A stretch of DNA of 64,000 bases, taken from Synechococcus sp. GTDB taxonomy: Bacteria; Cyanobacteriota; Cyanobacteriia; PCC-6307; Cyanobiaceae. The stretch spans positions 160,001-224,000 of the forward strand of contig JBJBDL010000003.1 in the NCBI GenBank assembly GCA_047285305.1, in the 5' to 3' direction. A program made the position numbers and the translations under genes. This document shows, one piece after another, positions 34,782 through 43,796 of this stretch. Position 1 is the first letter of the stretch; each line of letters starts with the position of its first letter. The notes under the pieces are model-generated. The model was not told where the DNA came from and did no database searches. It saw only the letters and a program-made list of their open reading frames with translations.

Positions 34782-35836
34782 TGAGCAGCGGCAAGAAAAC
34801 AGCGCCGCCCGTGTCGGTGCTGGCTGAACACGTCTCCGACCACCTCTCGGTGTTCGTGGTGGCGGAAGATACCGATGCTAAGCGCCCCGCCAACGGAGGC
34901 CTGCGTGTACTCAATTACCCGAGCGATGAGGCCTGCATCGCAGACGGCCAGCGGCTGGCGGGGTTGATGACCCACAAGCACGATCTTTACGGCACCGGTT
35001 TCGCCGGCGGCAAGATCGTTGCCCGGGCCGCTGAACCCAATGCCGTCAAGGATGAGCTGATCAGCGTCACCGCCGAGCTGCTGGAGTCGCTCGATGGCGC
35101 CATGATCACCGGCTGCGATCTCAACACCAGCCTGGAGGACATGGAGCGTCTGACGGCGCTCACCCCCCATGTGCTGGCGGCGGTCGGCAGCCCTGTGGAC
35201 GCCAGTGACGCCACCGCCCACGGCACCCTCGGTGCTGTGGAGGCCGTACTGGACAAGGACCTCAACGACGCCCGCCCTGGCCGGGCCCTCGTGCACGGCT
35301 GCGGTGCCGTTGGTGGCACCGTTGCCCGCAATCTCGTCGAGCGGGGTTGGACCGTGTTCACCGTGGATCTGGACCGCGAAAAAGCCAGTTTTCCCGGCGC
35401 GACGCCGCTGCCGGAGAGCTGCGCTTGGTGGGAACTGAACCTCGACCTGTTGCTGCCCTGCTCGATCTCCGGGTTGATCAACGCCGAAATGGCGACAGCG
35501 CTGAAAACCCCCGCCGTGGTGCCTGCCGCCAATGCCCCCTTCCAGCAACCCCAATTGGCGGATGACCTACGTCGCCGCGGTGTGCGGGTGCTGCCGGACC
35601 CCCTGGTGAATGCGGGAGCTGTGATCGCCGATTCAATCGAGCGGTTCTCCCCCGACGCCTGGAAAGACGCTGGTGCCAAGGACGTCTATGCCTTCGTTCG
35701 CGATGAGGTGCGCCGACGGGCCAGCGAGTATCTGAATCAGCGCGAACAGGGCCTGTCGGTTGGAGCAGCCCTTGAGGAGGTGGCTGCAACACCCTCCACC
35801 GAGCCCATCGGCCTCAGCTTTGGAGAAAGCGAATGA
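34781..35836 (+). CDS. Glu/Leu/Phe/Val dehydrogenase family protein
   Basis: GGLR, MTHK, AGGK, GCDLNT, GCGAVG, AAN, PDPLVNAGAVI; TGATG coupling to the methyltransferase. Confidence 0.85.
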   Translation: MSSGKKTAPPVSVLAEHVSDHLSVFVVAEDTDAKRPANGGLRVLNYPSDEACIADGQRLAGLMTHKHDLYGTGFAGGKIVARAAEPNAVKDELISVTAELLESLDGAMITGCDLNTSLEDMERLTALTPHVLAAVGSPVDASDATAHGTLGAVEAVLDKDLNDARPGRALVHGCGAVGGTVARNLVERGWTVFTVDLDREKASFPGATPLPESCAWWELNLDLLLPCSISGLINAEMATALKTPAVVPAANAPFQQPQLADDLRRRGVRVLPDPLVNAGAVIADSIERFSPDAWKDAGAKDVYAFVRDEVRRRASEYLNQREQGLSVGAALEEVAATPSTEPIGLSFGESE

Positions 35837-37023
35837 GCGCACCCGCCTCCCTGCCCAAACGGGCAGACGTCGTGATCGTTGGCGGCGGCATGGCCGGCCT
35901 CAGCTGCGCTGCATCCCTGGCCCGCCGCGGCGTGCGCGATGTGGTGCTTCTGGAAGCGCAGACCCTGGCCCACGCCAAAGCCAGCAGCTATGGCGAAACC
36001 CGAATGTTCCGGGAGATGTATTCCGACCCGGTGCTCTGCCGTCTCGCCCAGGAGGCCAACCGCCTCTGGCGCGAGGAAGAAAACCACGCCGGTCAGCAAC
36101 TGCGGGAGACCCACGGCCTGCTCTTCTACGGCGAGAGCTGGGATGAAGAGACAATCGAGGGGTCGATCCCTGGGGCCCGTCGGGTCATGGACGATCAGGG
36201 CATCCCCTATGAGACCCTCAACGCCGACCAGATCGCGGCCCGTTTCCCGCTGAAGCCGAAGCCGGGCTTTACCGGACTGTTCGAGCCCACCGCCGGCGCC
36301 GTGCGCAGCGACAGGGTCGTGGCCCACTGGATCAGCACCGCCCGCAATGCCGGCCATCAGCTGATCGAGCACTGCCCCGTGGCGGGCCTCGATGCCGATG
36401 GCGGTGGCGTCACCCTGGAGAGCGGCGAACACATCGCCGCCGGACAGCTGGTGGTGGCCTGCGGGATCTGGAGCCAGCTGGTGCTGGCCCCTCTGGGCCT
36501 CGCACCCAAACTGGAGGTGTGGCCAATGCTCTGGGCCCACTACACGGTCGACCAGGCGCTGGCCGATCGCTACCCCCAGTGGTTCTGCTTCCAGCAGGAA
36601 CGCGGCGATGACGGTGGCCTCTACTACGGATTCCCCGTCCTCAGCCAAACAGCGGATGGCCGTCCCCGGATCAAGGCGGGCATCGACTGGGCTCCGCGAG
36701 AACTGCGCGTCGCCGAACCCAACGCCATGGTTACCGAGCCACCCGCTCACCTGGTGGAGCTGCTCGACACCTTCCTGTTCAACGAACTGGAGGGTGTGCA
36801 GGAGCGGGTGGAGACCGTGATCAGCCCCTACTCCATGGCCAGCGACGTGAACTTCGTGCTGGACCGGCTCACCCCGAAGCTGAGCCTGTTCGCGGGAGGC
36901 TCCGGCCAGGCCTTCAAGTTCGCCCCCCTTATCGGTGATTCCCTGGCACGCCTCGCCAGTGGCGAACAACCAGCGGTGGATCTCTCCTGCTGGAGCCACC
37001 AACGCGCCGCCGTCCGCGCCTGA
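35833..37023 (+). CDS. FAD-dependent amine oxidase, MSOX/pipecolate oxidase/NikD family
   Basis: GGGMAG, SSYGETRMFR, YYGFP, GQAFKFAP; ATGA overlap with upstream gene. Confidence 0.88.
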   Translation: MSAPASLPKRADVVIVGGGMAGLSCAASLARRGVRDVVLLEAQTLAHAKASSYGETRMFREMYSDPVLCRLAQEANRLWREEENHAGQQLRETHGLLFYGESWDEETIEGSIPGARRVMDDQGIPYETLNADQIAARFPLKPKPGFTGLFEPTAGAVRSDRVVAHWISTARNAGHQLIEHCPVAGLDADGGGVTLESGEHIAAGQLVVACGIWSQLVLAPLGLAPKLEVWPMLWAHYTVDQALADRYPQWFCFQQERGDDGGLYYGFPVLSQTADGRPRIKAGIDWAPRELRVAEPNAMVTEPPAHLVELLDTFLFNELEGVQERVETVISPYSMASDVNFVLDRLTPKLSLFAGGSGQAFKFAPLIGDSLARLASGEQPAVDLSCWSHQRAAVRA

Positions 37024-37042
37024 CCCCTCACTCCCTCATCCA

Positions 37043-38596
37043 ATGTCTGACACCCCCGCGAACCAGCATTCCTGGTGGCGACAGCCCCCTCTTTGGGTGG
37101 GGGCTGCTCCCCTGCTGATCTTTCTGCTGGTGTCTGCCATCGATCTGGCGCTGGCCAAGCAATTCACCGACAAAGGCAAGGCCGTGATCAGTGATGCCCT
37201 TGGCGGTGTCTGGCAGTGGATGGTGGTGCTGCTGCTTCTGATCGCGCTGATCCTGGCCATCAGCCCAGTCGGCAAACTCCGGCTTGGAGGCGCGGAGAGC
37301 AAGCCCACTCTCAAATTCTTCGATTGGTGCGCAGTGCTGATCTGCACCCTGCTGGCGGGGGGTGGTGTGTTCTGGTCGGCAGCCGAACCGCTGTATCACT
37401 TCCAGACCCCATCACCGGTGTTTGCTGGGGTCGAGGGGAGCACAGCCGCAGCGGTGGATCCCGCCCTGGCGGTGAGTTTTCTGCACTGGGGCTTCCTCGC
37501 TTGGGCTCTTGTGGCCACCACCACGACGATCACCTTCTCGATCCTGGAGCGTCGCGGTGAACCCCTGCGTCCCCGCACGCTGCTGGTGAACATCGTGCCG
37601 CGCAGCTGGGTGGATGGTCCGCTCGGTCACCTGGCGGATGGATTGTCTGTGGTGGCCGCTATCGCTGGCACGGTTGGCCCCTTGGGTTTCCTCTCGCTGC
37701 AGCTCAGCAATGCCGCAGGGCTACTGCCCTGGCTCAGCGACAGTGCCGGCTTGCAATCCCTGACGGTGGTGCTGCTGACCGCCGTCTTCGCGACCTCCAC
37801 CGTCAGCGGCATTCAAAAAGGCATCAAATGGCTGTCGGAGCTCAATGTGTGGCTCACTCTGGCCATGGCGGCGGGCCTGCTGCTTTTGGGCCCGGGCCTC
37901 TGGCTGATGCAGCACTTCTTGAGCGGCTTCATCACCTACCTGATCCACCTGCCGCAGATGGCCCTCACTCCAAATGCCGTGCCGGCGAACTGGGTGAACG
38001 GCTGGACGGTGTTCTACTGGGGCTGGTTCCTCGGCTATGCGCCCTTGATGGGACTGTTCACCGCCGGCGTCAGCCGCGGCCGCAGCATCCGTGAACTGGT
38101 GCTGGCGGTGGCCATCCTCTGCCCGATAGTGACCAACCTTTGGTTCACCCTGCTGGGGGGCACCGGATTGCATCTCGAATTGGCGGGGGGCGGCATCAGC
38201 GAAGCCCTGGACCAGAACGGAGCCGCCGCTGCCCTGCTTACGATCCTCAGCCAGCTGCCCCTGGCCGGTCTGCTGATTCCGACCGGCCTGGTGCTGGTGG
38301 TGCTGTTCATGTGCACCAGCGCCGATTCGATGAGTTACGCCGCGGCCATGGTGGTGAGCGGCCGCAACGAGCCCCCTGCTCTGCTGCGCCTGTTTTGGGC
38401 CTTGATGATCGGCAGCCTCACCTTGGTGCTGCTGCGCATCGGCTCAGGCCTGGGGGACAGCACTTCCATCGATGCCCTGCAGGCCTTCATCGTGATCACC
38501 GCGGTGCCGGTGACTCCCTTGGTGCTGGCCACCCTCTGGAGCGCGCCAAGGCTGGCCTGGAAGGAATGGCGGCGCACCACGTTCAGGCCACAGTGA
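37043..38596 (+). CDS. BCCT family (betaine/carnitine/choline) transporter
   Basis: FWSAAEP, FLHWG, GIKWLS, WTVFYWGW, SRGRSIRE, TSADS; multi-TM. Confidence 0.92.
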   Translation: MSDTPANQHSWWRQPPLWVGAAPLLIFLLVSAIDLALAKQFTDKGKAVISDALGGVWQWMVVLLLLIALILAISPVGKLRLGGAESKPTLKFFDWCAVLICTLLAGGGVFWSAAEPLYHFQTPSPVFAGVEGSTAAAVDPALAVSFLHWGFLAWALVATTTTITFSILERRGEPLRPRTLLVNIVPRSWVDGPLGHLADGLSVVAAIAGTVGPLGFLSLQLSNAAGLLPWLSDSAGLQSLTVVLLTAVFATSTVSGIQKGIKWLSELNVWLTLAMAAGLLLLGPGLWLMQHFLSGFITYLIHLPQMALTPNAVPANWVNGWTVFYWGWFLGYAPLMGLFTAGVSRGRSIRELVLAVAILCPIVTNLWFTLLGGTGLHLELAGGGISEALDQNGAAAALLTILSQLPLAGLLIPTGLVLVVLFMCTSADSMSYAAAMVVSGRNEPPALLRLFWALMIGSLTLVLLRIGSGLGDSTSIDALQAFIVITAVPVTPLVLATLWSAPRLAWKEWRRTTFRPQ

Positions 38597-38608
38597 TCCC
38601 GATGCCAG

Positions 38609-39311
38609 TCAAGGCAGGCAGTAGTTCAGTTTGAGAGTGAGGTTCTGACTGGGCTTGGGAGCCTCCCCAGGCCTGAAGCTTGCCTCCCCCATGCGCGCAA
38701 CCATCGGCATGGGTCGATGGGTCAAACCCCGCTAGTCAATCAGCAACAACTCGAGCCTGCGCAGGCCACAGCACGGGCTCTAAGCCTGCGCGCGACGTCG
38801 CCCCATCTCAAGAGCTTGTTTCAGCAACTGATCAGCCAATGAGGCACGGCTATCGCTCGACGCCAAGGACGTCATTCCCTGCAGTCGCACTCCCGGCAAG
38901 CGATCGGCGTCCTTGATCAACGCGTCGTGATCATCATGGGTCTCCTCGCCGGTGATGGTGGTGCTGGCCCGATCCAGTCATGATCCCGCCGCGCCTCCCC
39001 TAACGGAGTAGCTGCGGGGTGCAGGGATAGTGAGCTGACCCAGGGCGAGCGGCTGAATGACCTGACGCGCCTCTGCCAACCGGGCGTTAAGGGCGCTCAT
39101 CGCAGCGTCCTTACTGAGATCTTCAGCGTCGATCCCGAGCGAGAAGCAAAATCGATCGCTACGGCTTGTTCCACGCTCATTCACCTGGATCTGAAGCAGG
39201 GCGCCATTGCAAACGCGCTCCGCAGCCCTCAGGGGGGATGGCGCCACAACACTGAGCCCGAAGAGGACGGGCAAAGCGACCTTGGCAGCGCCCCCTGAGT
39301 CGAGAAGTCAT
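38609..39311 (-). pseudogene. SIMPL (DUF541)-like exported protein pseudogene
   Basis: One frame with internal stops at 38978-38980, 38780-38782 and 38732-38734, ending LKLNYCLP*; ATG 39311 is out of frame with the body. Confidence 0.7.
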
Positions 39312-39385
39312 GCCAAGCCTTCTGTTAGACATCAATGCTGGCGAGCTTGGAGCGGCAAACCGTGTTCAACCGTGACCGGCCTGTG

Positions 39386-40864
39386 TCAAGCCGTGACTGA
39401 ACCCGCTGCCCAGCTCCCGTGCAGACCATGGGGAACGGCCAACGGCAGCTCAAGCACCGCCACCTCCGACAGATCACGGGCGTTGAGGATCACTAGATCA
39501 GATGCGGCCCGGGCCCCGTTCCACACCAGATCGAGCACCCAACCGTCGTCCTCTGCCTCAGCACGGGGATGACGCACCATCAACGGCTCACTCACAAAGC
39601 CCCTGGGCGCCGCACTCCAGGTGTGGGTCTCCCCGGAATCCAGATCAAGTTTCTGGATGGCCTGCAACGGATCGTTGCCCCTCTCCCGCTCCGCCACCGC
39701 CATCCAGGCGAAGCGGGCGCTGAGGCCCTGACGCTCAGGGTTGACCATGGCGAACTCACAGGTGCGCTCGCTGATCCGCTCGGTCTGCACCGATTCCCGA
39801 CTGAGGTCGAGGCGGCAACGATGCAGGATTCCCTCCGGCACCGTGTCGAAATTCACCTCAGCGAAATCCTCATCAGGTCCGATGGACGGAAAATCGTCGT
39901 AGACGATGCTCTCCACCACAACGTGATCGCCATCCTCAAAGGCATTGAGGTGATGAAAGACGAAACCGTCGGGAGCTTCGAGGATGCGGGGTTTCTGACC
40001 AGCGAAGCGTCCGGAATCGCGGGGAATTAGCCAGAAACGCCCCTTGCCGCCGGGTTGAGATGCCAGGCACTGGGCCGCACCCTTTTCGCCGGTCACAAAC
40101 GGCAAGGGATTGAAGGCGATGGCGTTCTGGAGGAACACCGCCCAGTTGGGGGTGATGGCGAAGTCGTGGAGAAAGGCGAAGCCGGGGAAGCTGTCGGAAC
40201 GGTCATGCAGCAAGGCGCCGGCCTCCGGGCCATCGGTGGCGAACTCCATCAGACGGATGGTGCTGCGGGGCCCGGTCTTAACGCCGAAGGTGACCATGCA
40301 TGGCCGTCCGTTGTGACCAGGGTCGAAGCGGGGGTGGGCACTAAAGGCCTCGCCCTTTTTCAACACACCATCGAGGCGTGACAGGCCGCGGGTCTCCAGG
40401 CTGCGGGGATCGAGCGCATGGGGTTCCGCCGCCTCCCAGAGGGCCAACAGCTGATCACCCAGACGCACCACGTTGGTGTTGGCGATGTTCTTCAAGCGCA
40501 GGTCAAAGGCGTTGGCCAGCCGACCACCGGGCTTCTGACTGCCGAACACGCCTCGATAGAGCACCTTGCCGGCCTTCTCCTCCGCCAGCCAACCCTCAGT
40601 ACGCACAAAACGGTTGCTGAGGCAGACGCTGCCGTTCTCAAACCGCATCGCCGCGATCATGCCATCGCCATCGAAGGGGTGATGCACGCGATGCCCGTCC
40701 CGCTCAAGACGCCCGGGGCCATTGCGATAGAACGTGCCCTTAAGTTCGGCAGGAACCACGCCACGCACCGGCGTCAGCGCCACGTCGGCTAGTTCCTGCT
40801 CAACGTTTACAAAGGCGCTGGCCCAGTCGCTGCGGTCGTAGCTGCGGGCGGGGGCGACGGTCAC
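39386..40864 (-). CDS. carotenoid cleavage oxygenase family protein
   Basis: YRNGPG, HPFDGDG, FSAHP, HDFA, FHH, SEP, HGLHG (4 Fe-His). Confidence 0.93.
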   Translation of the reverse strand: MTVAPARSYDRSDWASAFVNVEQELADVALTPVRGVVPAELKGTFYRNGPGRLERDGHRVHHPFDGDGMIAAMRFENGSVCLSNRFVRTEGWLAEEKAGKVLYRGVFGSQKPGGRLANAFDLRLKNIANTNVVRLGDQLLALWEAAEPHALDPRSLETRGLSRLDGVLKKGEAFSAHPRFDPGHNGRPCMVTFGVKTGPRSTIRLMEFATDGPEAGALLHDRSDSFPGFAFLHDFAITPNWAVFLQNAIAFNPLPFVTGEKGAAQCLASQPGGKGRFWLIPRDSGRFAGQKPRILEAPDGFVFHHLNAFEDGDHVVVESIVYDDFPSIGPDEDFAEVNFDTVPEGILHRCRLDLSRESVQTERISERTCEFAMVNPERQGLSARFAWMAVAERERGNDPLQAIQKLDLDSGETHTWSAAPRGFVSEPLMVRHPRAEAEDDGWVLDLVWNGARAASDLVILNARDLSEVAVLELPLAVPHGLHGSWAAGSVTA

Positions 40865-40924
40865 GGGCGAACGATCAACGTTTGCCCATCTTCTCGTAAC
40901 GGACTGTGAAGCGCGGAGCCGAGC

Positions 40925-41533
40925 TCAGCTGGCGCCGGCCTGCTCCAGCACCCCTTTGCTACTGGGGATGGCGCCGGCCCGGCGTGGATCCAACTCCGTA
41001 GCCATGCGCAGGGCCCGGGCAAAGGCCTTGAAACAGGCTTCAACGATGTGGTGGGAGTTGGCCCCATCCAGCTGACGGATATGGAGGGTCATCCCACTGT
41101 TGTTGACCACCGCCACGAAGAACTCCTTCACCAGCTCGGTGTCGTACATGCCGATCTTCTGGCTGGGAATCGCCAGGCTGTAGCTGAGTTGGGGGCGTCC
41201 GGAGCAGTCCAGGGCCACCTGCACCAGGGCCTCGTCCAACGGTGCCACGAAGTGACCGAAGCGATGGATGCCGCGCCGGTCCCCCAGGGCCTGAGCAAGG
41301 GCCTGCCCCACAGCAATCCCCACATCCTCATTGGTGTGGTGATCATCAATGTGGGTGTCTCCCACCGCATTGATCTCCAGATCGATCAGGCCGTGGCTGC
41401 TGATCTGATGAAGCATGTGGTCGAGAAACGGAACACCGGTGCTGGCCTGGCACTGGCCGGAGCCGTCCAGATCCAGACGCACCTTCACATCGGTTTCACC
41501 GGTGACCCGATGGATCGTTCCCTGACGTGCCAT
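40925..41533 (-). CDS. hisB: imidazoleglycerol-phosphate dehydratase
   Basis: [25 protein letters not shown]. Confidence 0.97.
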   Translation of the reverse strand: MARQGTIHRVTGETDVKVRLDLDGSGQCQASTGVPFLDHMLHQISSHGLIDLEINAVGDTHIDDHHTNEDVGIAVGQALAQALGDRRGIHRFGHFVAPLDEALVQVALDCSGRPQLSYSLAIPSQKIGMYDTELVKEFFVAVVNNSGMTLHIRQLDGANSHHIVEACFKAFARALRMATELDPRRAGAIPSSKGVLEQAGAS

Positions 41534-41562
41534 CACCCGAGCTTCAGTGCCCTCATCGTGCC

Positions 41563-42345
41563 TCACATTCCGGTGACGCAGTACCCCGCATCCACGTAGA
41601 TGGTCTGACCGGAGATGCCGCTGGCCAGATCGCTGAGCAGGAAGGCAGCGGTACCACCCACTTCCATCTGGGTGACGGTGCGGCGCAGGGGAGCCTTCTC
41701 CTCCACGTTGTGAATCATGTCAAGAATGCCGCCGATTGCGGAACTGGCCAGGGTGCGGATCGGGCCAGCACTAATGGCGTTGACGCGAACCTGCTTTTCG
41801 GGGCCCAACTCTGCCGCCAGGTAGCGAACGGACGCCTCCAGAGCAGCCTTGGCGACGCCCATCACGTTGTAGTTGGGGATTGCCCGCTCAGCACCGAGGT
41901 ACGAGAGCGTGATTACACCGGCCTTCACGCTGAACAGCGGCTTGGCATGGGCGCAAAGGGGAGCCAGGGAATAAGCGCTGATGTCGAGGGAACGGGCAAA
42001 ACCTTCAGCGGTCGTGGCGCTGTAGTCACCGATTAGCTCTTCCTTGCCGGCAAAGGCCAGGCAGTGCACCAGACCGTCGAGAACGCCCCACTTCTCCTTG
42101 ATCTCGCCGAAGACCTCAGCCATCTGGTCGGCATCCTGCACATTCAGAGGCAGGAACAGGCTGGGCTCCAGAGGAGCGGTGAGTTCGCGCACCTTGGCCT
42201 CGAAGCGGCCCTTGTCGTCAGGCAGGTAAGTGATGCCGAGTTCGGCACCGGCTGCCTTCAGCTGCTGAGCGATGCCCCAGGCTATCGAACGGTTGTTGGC
42301 GATGCCGGTGACGAGAATCTTCTTGCCGGTGAGATCAAGCAGCAT
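41563..42345 (-). CDS. fabI: enoyl-ACP reductase
   Basis: [34 protein letters not shown]. Confidence 0.97.
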   Translation of the reverse strand: MLLDLTGKKILVTGIANNRSIAWGIAQQLKAAGAELGITYLPDDKGRFEAKVRELTAPLEPSLFLPLNVQDADQMAEVFGEIKEKWGVLDGLVHCLAFAGKEELIGDYSATTAEGFARSLDISAYSLAPLCAHAKPLFSVKAGVITLSYLGAERAIPNYNVMGVAKAALEASVRYLAAELGPEKQVRVNAISAGPIRTLASSAIGGILDMIHNVEEKAPLRRTVTQMEVGGTAAFLLSDLASGISGQTIYVDAGYCVTGM

Positions 42346-42428
42346 CGGGACAGACCGGAACGGGTTGAATTCGCGCGATTCTCCCCCATCCCCCGCCAAG
42401 ATCACCGCTCCTTTGCTGACAAAGGCCG

Positions 42429-43340
42429 GTGCCCAGCGCTGCGTCACCCCCGATCAACGGCGACCTGCCGCGGCAATTCGCGTCCCGCGATGCCCTCAAC
42501 ACCCTGTTGGCGCAAGAGTTCCCAGGGGCGGAAGGAGATCTCAGCCCGATCCGCGGTGGGCGTGAGGCAGCCGAAGACAAACTGCGGCACATTGACGCAA
42601 GGCGCTACGCCAAAAGTCGCAATCACCTCAAAGGCGCGGTCACCGGACTGTCGCCCTACATCCGCCACGGCGTGTTGACCCTCGCGGAGGTGCGCGATTC
42701 AGTTTTTGCTCGGATCCGCAACCGCGATGAGGGCGGCAAGTTGATCAACGAACTCGGCTGGCGGGACTTCTGGCAACGGATGTGGCTCGAGCTGGGGGAT
42801 GGCATCCATGACGATCAGGAACCGTTCAAAACGGGCCATGACGCCGGGGCCTATGCCCGTGAGCTGCCGGCCGATGTGCGCGCAGGGAGCACGGGGCTGG
42901 CCTGCATGGATGGCTTCCGCGATCAACTGGTGACGACTGGCTGGCTTCACAACCACGCCCGAATGTGGATGGCAGCCTGGCTCGTGCACTGGCGACGGGT
43001 CCACTGGAAGGCCGGAGCCGACTGGTTTCTTGAGCACCTGCTGGATGGCGACCCGGCCAGCAACCATCTGAGCTGGCAGTGGGTGGCCAGCACCTTCAGC
43101 CACAAGCCCTATTTCTTCAACCGCGGCAACCTGGAGCGCTACAGCGACGGGAGCTACTGCGAAAGCTGCCCCAGTGCGAACAACTGCCCATTCGAAGGCA
43201 GCTACGACCAACTGGAGAACCAGCTTTTCGCCCCGATGCCAGCCATTCGGGAGACCGGCAACAACCGCAACCAGCAGCGCAACCGCCAACGCCAGAGCAG
43301 CGGAGGCGCCAGTGCCGCCCTGGCCCGTCCCGAGCGATAA
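42429..43340 (+). CDS. photolyase-like FAD-binding (catalytic) domain protein lacking the antenna domain
   Basis: LSPYIRHG, ELGWRDF, WLHNHARM, LLDGDPASN..SWQW. Confidence 0.85.
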   Translation: MPSAASPPINGDLPRQFASRDALNTLLAQEFPGAEGDLSPIRGGREAAEDKLRHIDARRYAKSRNHLKGAVTGLSPYIRHGVLTLAEVRDSVFARIRNRDEGGKLINELGWRDFWQRMWLELGDGIHDDQEPFKTGHDAGAYARELPADVRAGSTGLACMDGFRDQLVTTGWLHNHARMWMAAWLVHWRRVHWKAGADWFLEHLLDGDPASNHLSWQWVASTFSHKPYFFNRGNLERYSDGSYCESCPSANNCPFEGSYDQLENQLFAPMPAIRETGNNRNQQRNRQRQSSGGASAALARPER

Positions 43341-43355
43341 GCAGGAGAGTCCTCA

Positions 43356-43796
43356 ATGACCTTTCAACGCCCGATCATCTGGATTCACGAGGAGGGCCTC
43401 GGTGTCAAAAACCCAGCGCTGCAGGCCTGGCCCCAGGCACCAGCGGTGTTCGTGTTCGACACCCGCTGGATCCAAGAGGCACGAATCAGCCGCAAACGGC
43501 TCGGCTTCCTCTACGAAAACGCCCTTGACCTTCCCCTCACCCTGCGCAAGGGAAATGTGGCCACTGAAGTTCTGGCCTTTGCCCGTCGCCATCAGGCCGA
43601 TGGTGTGCTGAGCAGCAGCGCAGTGGATCCACGCCTGAAGCGGATCTGCGAGGCCATCGATGCAGAACTGCCGCTTGAACTGCTGGATCCCGAACCGTTC
43701 GTGTCGCTGCCGCGGCCACCCCGACTGGGGCGGTTCAGCCGCTACTGGCGCGACGCCGAAGCGATGGTGTGGGAGGGCTACTCACCAGCCCGTTGA
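43356..43796 (+). CDS. stand-alone photolyase N-terminal (alpha/beta)-like domain protein
   Basis: IIWIHEE, PAVFVFD, KRLGFLYE, RFSRYW; follows the FAD-domain gene with a GGAG RBS. Confidence 0.7.
   Translation: MTFQRPIIWIHEEGLGVKNPALQAWPQAPAVFVFDTRWIQEARISRKRLGFLYENALDLPLTLRKGNVATEVLAFARRHQADGVLSSSAVDPRLKRICEAIDAELPLELLDPEPFVSLPRPPRLGRFSRYWRDAEAMVWEGYSPAR

Noticed and set aside
33744..38596. Operon as standard glycine betaine synthesis/catabolism or DMSP synthesis
   Set aside because: The methyltransferase is SABATH-type rather than GSMT/SDMT or DsyB/MmtN-like, no 2-hydroxyacid reductase or decarboxylase is present, and the oxidase and BCCT motifs diverge. Disfavoured but not excluded.
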